Assembly: GCA_964016885.1 (NCBI GenBank)
Contig: OZ024749.1
Location: 38,068,001 to 38,132,000 of the forward strand
Source: Eledone cirrhosa
Lineage: Eukaryota
Length of the DNA: 64,000 nucleotides
Direction: 5' to 3'
Below the pieces are notes generated by a model. The model ran no database searches and was not told the DNA's origin. It saw only the letters and a list, made by a program, of their open reading frames with translations. Of this stretch, positions 58,740 through 64,000 are shown one piece after another (the stretch's first letter is position 1; each line of letters starts with the position of its first letter). A program made the translations under genes and the position numbers.

Positions 58740-59714
58740 AATATGTGTGTGTGTGTGTACGTGTGCGCACGCGCACGTGTGTCTATGCGTGTGTGTGTGT
58801 GTATGAGTATGTGCTTATGTGGCGTGTGCGCAGGAGTGTGGTTAACACGTTGTGTTTAAGTATTTGTAAAGATGTTACGGAGAAACATTATTCGGACATG
58901 CTTTCCAGCATAGTTACGTCCCTTTACGATCTGAGTTCAAATCCCACCGAGGTTAACTTTGCCTTTCATCCATACAGAGGTCGATAAAATAAAGTACCAG
59001 TAATGTATTGAGTATTTTCTGGTCTTCTACCAATAGTAGAAACAATTATTCATTACCAACTTAAAGAACATAGCAGCCATAAAATCCCTCACTGTCCCTC
59101 ACTGTTCCTCACTGTCATACACCCAGCCATAGACACACAGACAGAGTAACCCAATACACTCCCCCAATACACTCCAATCACCCAGACAGAGAGTTGTCTT
59201 CTGCCATATTTTGTCGTCGATGAAATAATACTAAAAAAACTATTGATTCCATAGATAATTTAACGGAACAACTAAGAAAAACAAGATGAAATATTTTTCT
59301 TCCTTTCTCTTAGAATTATTGGAATTGTTCTCGAAGACAAGACGAAAATTAATTACACATGAACATTTCCGTCGATTTTTCTTTCGTCTGACGCGTCTCT
59401 TGGTTTTGGTAATTTATCTTTTCTGCTTTCGTTTTTCAATTAATTAACTCCTGTGAGACATTAAATATACATCAAACTTTCCAGGGCGTTCCACGTCCTG
59501 TGTTTGGCACTAAGCCAATATAGAATAATCAAAAGGAGTAGGAGGATGTGGCGGAAAAAAGAGTAGGAGTATGAAAATTAATAAAACAACAAGCAGAACT
59601 ATAAAAACGAAACAAGTGAACACGAGCTTATATAGATTATATATACAAGAGGAGTATACATTTACAAGAGTATATATATATATAAACACACACACACACA
59701 CATATATATATATT

Positions 59715-59983
<269 letters not shown>

Positions 59984-59984
59984 G

Positions 59985-60150
<166 letters not shown>

Positions 60151-60170
60151 CATATATATATCTATATATG

Positions 60171-60235
<65 letters not shown>

Positions 60236-60449
60236 CACCAACTATTACACAAAACACACGTGTCTTCTGTAATTGTTGACAGTAAAAGTAGATAACCATT
60301 CTGTAAAGTGACACAATTCACCTTGAATAAAATATTCAACATGTAACTTTCCTTCGCTAACTTACTTTTCTTAAGTGTCTGTTAGAATACATACATACAC
60401 ACATACATACATACATATACATACACACATACATACATACATACATACA

Positions 60450-60481
<32 letters not shown>

Positions 60482-60500
60482 CATACATACACATACATAC

Positions 60501-61643
60501 ATGGTGGCTGCCAACTCGTTTTCGAGTACGGCCACTACTTTATATCCATGTAGGAGAACCCCTACCGATGCGCTGAACGCGTGTGACTTTTTAGTCCAGC
60601 CAGCGACTTGAAAACTCTGGTACAAACACTACACTTGTGACAATCATTGACACATAGTGCTGGGCCCATGGTACCATGTGACGACAAGTGCAGAGAGATC
60701 TCCAGATATAAAGCAATGCCTGTGTCGTGAAGCTTTTATAGTGAGCAAAGGCACTGTACAAAGCCAGTCCCACTCTCTTAACCAAGATGATATTTACCAA
60801 AAAGAAGAACAAGTCAACATCATTGGATACCATCAGGGTTGCATTTGTTATATCAGAGTTTTCCTACATACATACATACATACAAGGATACATGCATGCC
60901 TGTATACATACAAAAATATATACATACATATATACATACATTTATCCATACATACATACATACATACATACATACATACATACATACATACATACATACA
61001 TACATGGTGGCTGCCAACTCGTTTTCGAGTACGGCCACTACTTTACATCCATGTAGGATAACCCCTACCGAAGCGCTGAACGAGTGTGACTTTTTAGTCC
61101 AGCCAGCGACTTGAAACCTCTGGTACAAACACTACACCTGTGACAATCATTGACACATAGTGCTAGGCCCATGGTAGGACAATTATTGACACATAGTGCT
61201 GGGCCCATGTGAGGACAAGTGCAGAGAGATCTCCAGATATAAAGCAATGCCTGTGCCGTGAAGCTTTTATAGTGAGCAAAGGCACTGCACAAAGCCAGTC
61301 CCACTCTCTTAACCAAGATGCTATTTACCAAAAAGAAGAACAAGTCAACATCATTGGATACCATCAGGGTTGCAGGTGTTATATCAGAGTTTTCCTTCTC
61401 CTAGAATTCTGCCTTGACTAAGGCTAAAGGGGTCATCTCTCCCGGTGATTTTGGATGGCCATTGACTCTTAAGAGCTCCTTTGGCCTTTGACAGGTTTTG
61501 TTTTTAGTCCTGCAGGATGTCCAAAGTCACCCTCCTCACCAAGAAACCTTGGTGGGGTTGCCAGTTTAGTCGCCAACGGCCCGACCATGAGACAGGTTGT
61601 ACTGGGATACATGTTACCAGTAGCACCAACTGGTGACCTGACA
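60501..61643 (-). mobile_element. Two copies (truncated 60501-60864; full-length 61004-61643) of the RTE-derived element in (ACAT)n
   Basis: Homologous to 31436-32030. The second copy has an internal 36-bp duplication near 61143-61213. Confidence 0.82.
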
Positions 61644-61689
61644 TAACATACATACATACATACATACATACATACGTACATACATACAT

Positions 61690-63058
61690 GGACCCATAAA
61701 TAAGGAGAGAACCAGAACTGAATACCTCAGAAGAGTAAAAAAAAAAATATGGTCATCAGAACTGTCAGCATACAACAAATACATTGCCCACAATACCTAT
61801 GCTGTGCCAATTCTAACGCCAACATTTGGCCTACTGAACTGGTCATTGCAAGAACTAAGTGAGATGGATGTTAGAACTCGAAAACTTCTCAGTGTTACTG
61901 GGAACTTTAACATCAATGGTGATGTGGATAGGCTATACTTCTCACGCAAGGAAGGTGGCCGGGGTCTAAAATCAATATTAACAACATATGAGACCCGGAT
62001 AGTAACACTGAAGCAACACCTTCAACAGAGGAAAAAGGTTGGCGACCATCTTGCTCAGGTTTATGAGCATGAAAAAAGAAATATCATTAGAATAGCGACT
62101 GATCTGGAGGAGAGATATGGAATAAAGCCTGATATAAATCTCTCACCCAGAGAAATCGGAAGATCCTATTCAATGTTCAAACAAGAAAAAAAAATTGACC
62201 AATTTACAGAGAAAGTTGTGCATGGATACTTGAGGCGTAAAACACAGACCATAGAGGGGATAAACCACTCAAAAAGCCTGGCATGGAGTTCCGACAAGTT
62301 TATGACATCACACCTTGAGGGATATCTCTATGCAATACAGGAACAAGAACTCCCTACCAAATATCTGCTGCACAAAAGAGGAGGGCCAGCAGCTGACAAT
62401 AAATGTAGGCTATGTAAAACAAAGATCGAGGATGTAAGCCACATTGTTGCCAGCTGCGAAAGAATGTCATCTCGCTACTACCTCCCCATGAGACACGATG
62501 GGATAGCTAGATCTATCTGGAACGCACTTCGGAAAACAAAATTAACAACAAACGAGGAAGAATATATTGAGACAGATGGCACTAAGGAATACTGGTGGAA
62601 CCTGAAAATAAAAACTGCCACCAAATTAAAGCACAACCGGCCTGATATTGTAGTTTGGGACCACACATTGAAAACGTGTTCTGTTGTGGAGATCAGCTGC
62701 CCACTTGATGTAAACGTTGTCAGAAAAATACAGGAGAAGGAGGACATCTACGGACCATTGATGAGGAGCTTACAAATCCAGTATCCAAGATACACCTTTA
62801 GCTTCATACCCATCATTGTTGGTGCTACGGGTTATATACCAACCCGCTTGGACCAAAGTATGACCGAACTTGGATTTGCGGACAAAAAGCGCAGCTCCCT
62901 AATTCATAGTCTACAAATGGCTGCGATAGCTGGCACCTTCAAAATATGCAAAACATTCTTGCGATTCAAGGGATGACAATTTCTTTTCTTTTACAACCTT
63001 GCCACCAGGAAGGTGGCCGGTCAAAAAAATATACTCGAAATTAAGAGAAAGAGAAAAC
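61690..63058 (+). mobile_element. 5'-truncated R4/Dong-like non-LTR retrotransposon with restriction-like endonuclease
   Basis: Flanked by (ACAT)n on both sides, with a short 3' UTR. Coding similarity extends upstream of the ORF across a poly-A frameshift near 61740. Confidence 0.88.
61804..62976 (+). CDS. RT thumb, CCHC knuckle and PD-(D/E)xK REL endonuclease of an R4/Dong-like element (fragment)
   Basis: RLYFSRKEGGRGL, CRLC...EDVSHIVASC, RHD and NRPDIVV...VVEISCP...KIQEKEDIY motifs. Confidence 0.88.
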   Translation: MPILTPTFGLLNWSLQELSEMDVRTRKLLSVTGNFNINGDVDRLYFSRKEGGRGLKSILTTYETRIVTLKQHLQQRKKVGDHLAQVYEHEKRNIIRIATDLEERYGIKPDINLSPREIGRSYSMFKQEKKIDQFTEKVVHGYLRRKTQTIEGINHSKSLAWSSDKFMTSHLEGYLYAIQEQELPTKYLLHKRGGPAADNKCRLCKTKIEDVSHIVASCERMSSRYYLPMRHDGIARSIWNALRKTKLTTNEEEYIETDGTKEYWWNLKIKTATKLKHNRPDIVVWDHTLKTCSVVEISCPLDVNVVRKIQEKEDIYGPLMRSLQIQYPRYTFSFIPIIVGATGYIPTRLDQSMTELGFADKKRSSLIHSLQMAAIAGTFKICKTFLRFKG

Positions 63059-63323
63059 ATACATACATACATACATTACATACATATTGTCACCATGCAT
63101 TCATACCCTGCCTGAATTGACAATAGTAAAGTAGCACCCACAAATTAGTAATGGAAAACCACCATCATGTGAACGGGTAATAAGCCCTTTGGGGACAAAT
63201 ATTCAAACACCGGCCAGAGTTACTCCCCTTGCTTTGTGTCAATAACAACGTGTATGTTTGAACTAAGAATGAACTTTGATGTATGTATGACTTTAAAGCC
63301 CCTTCTACTCTGTAGTTTTCTAT

Positions 63324-63364
63324 GCCCTTGAGAAGCCCTTTTCGGGCGAAATGTACGTAGGTGC
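63324..63364 (+). ncRNA. Hammerhead candidate with compensatory U3-A8 core
   Basis: GCCC-TTGAGAA-GCCC(ttttc)GGGC-GAAA-TGTACG-TA^GGTGC. Stem I is short and bulged; a short tail and (AT)n follow. Confidence 0.6.
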
Positions 63365-63414
63365 TTTTATATAAACATGTTCTGACAGTATATATTCTCC
63401 TTTGTATTCCTTTC

Positions 63415-63495
<81 letters not shown>

Positions 63496-63705
63496 TATAA
63501 ATATATACAAACAAACAAACCGAGCATTATAATAAATGTTCGGTAAACCGATACGTGCATATATATATGTGTGCATGTATGTATATATATACATACTACT
63601 GTACGTCTGTATACATATATGTATGTACGTATACATACATACATACTTACATTTAAGTAAGTGTGTCGTACTAAGAGTGAGAAATGAAATTTCGTTTCAT
63701 TCTAT

Positions 63706-63766
<61 letters not shown>

Positions 63767-64000
63767 CCCGGCTTGCGTACAATATATTCAATCAATGATT
63801 CTTCAAATGATTTGTGTGACTAGAAAATATAGAATGAGAAGCTTTTCTACTGAGGGAATATTGGTATGCAATTGGAGAGATTTTATCTAAGCCTTCCCTA
63901 AATCTCATATCCAAGACCACAGCAGCATTATTCTTCAAAATATCCATTTGTTAAAATTTCAGCGAGGAAAACTCTCAATCAATTTGCCTATAATATCTAG

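Overview
This is very AT-rich, microsatellite-saturated eukaryotic DNA, and the SINE content points to an octopod cephalopod. Almost all of the listed long ORFs are (TA)n/(CA)n/(AAC)n artefacts. The real host gene is mostly missed by the ORF track: four phase-compatible minus-strand exons (50099-50006, 40873-40739, 33727-33514, 26260-26020) encode the C-terminal part of an EGF-repeat, single-pass membrane protein resembling DNER/Delta-Notch-like receptors. The rest is transposable-element material: about 25 tRNA-derived SINE copies, Tx1-, RTE- and R4/Dong-type LINE fragments, a non-autonomous RTE derivative, hAT and piggyBac MITEs with intact TSDs, a decayed Naiad/Penelope-like RT, and several minisatellites. 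The most interesting signal is at least 7 unrelated short repeat families, most embedded in (TA)n, that each carry a type-I hammerhead ribozyme (HHR) fold. Several have non-canonical cores. Many copies are fold-back palindromes whose axis lies in or beside the ribozyme, and one is a 419-bp tandem dimer with retrozyme architecture. All folds and family assignments were made by eye; none was computed or searched.
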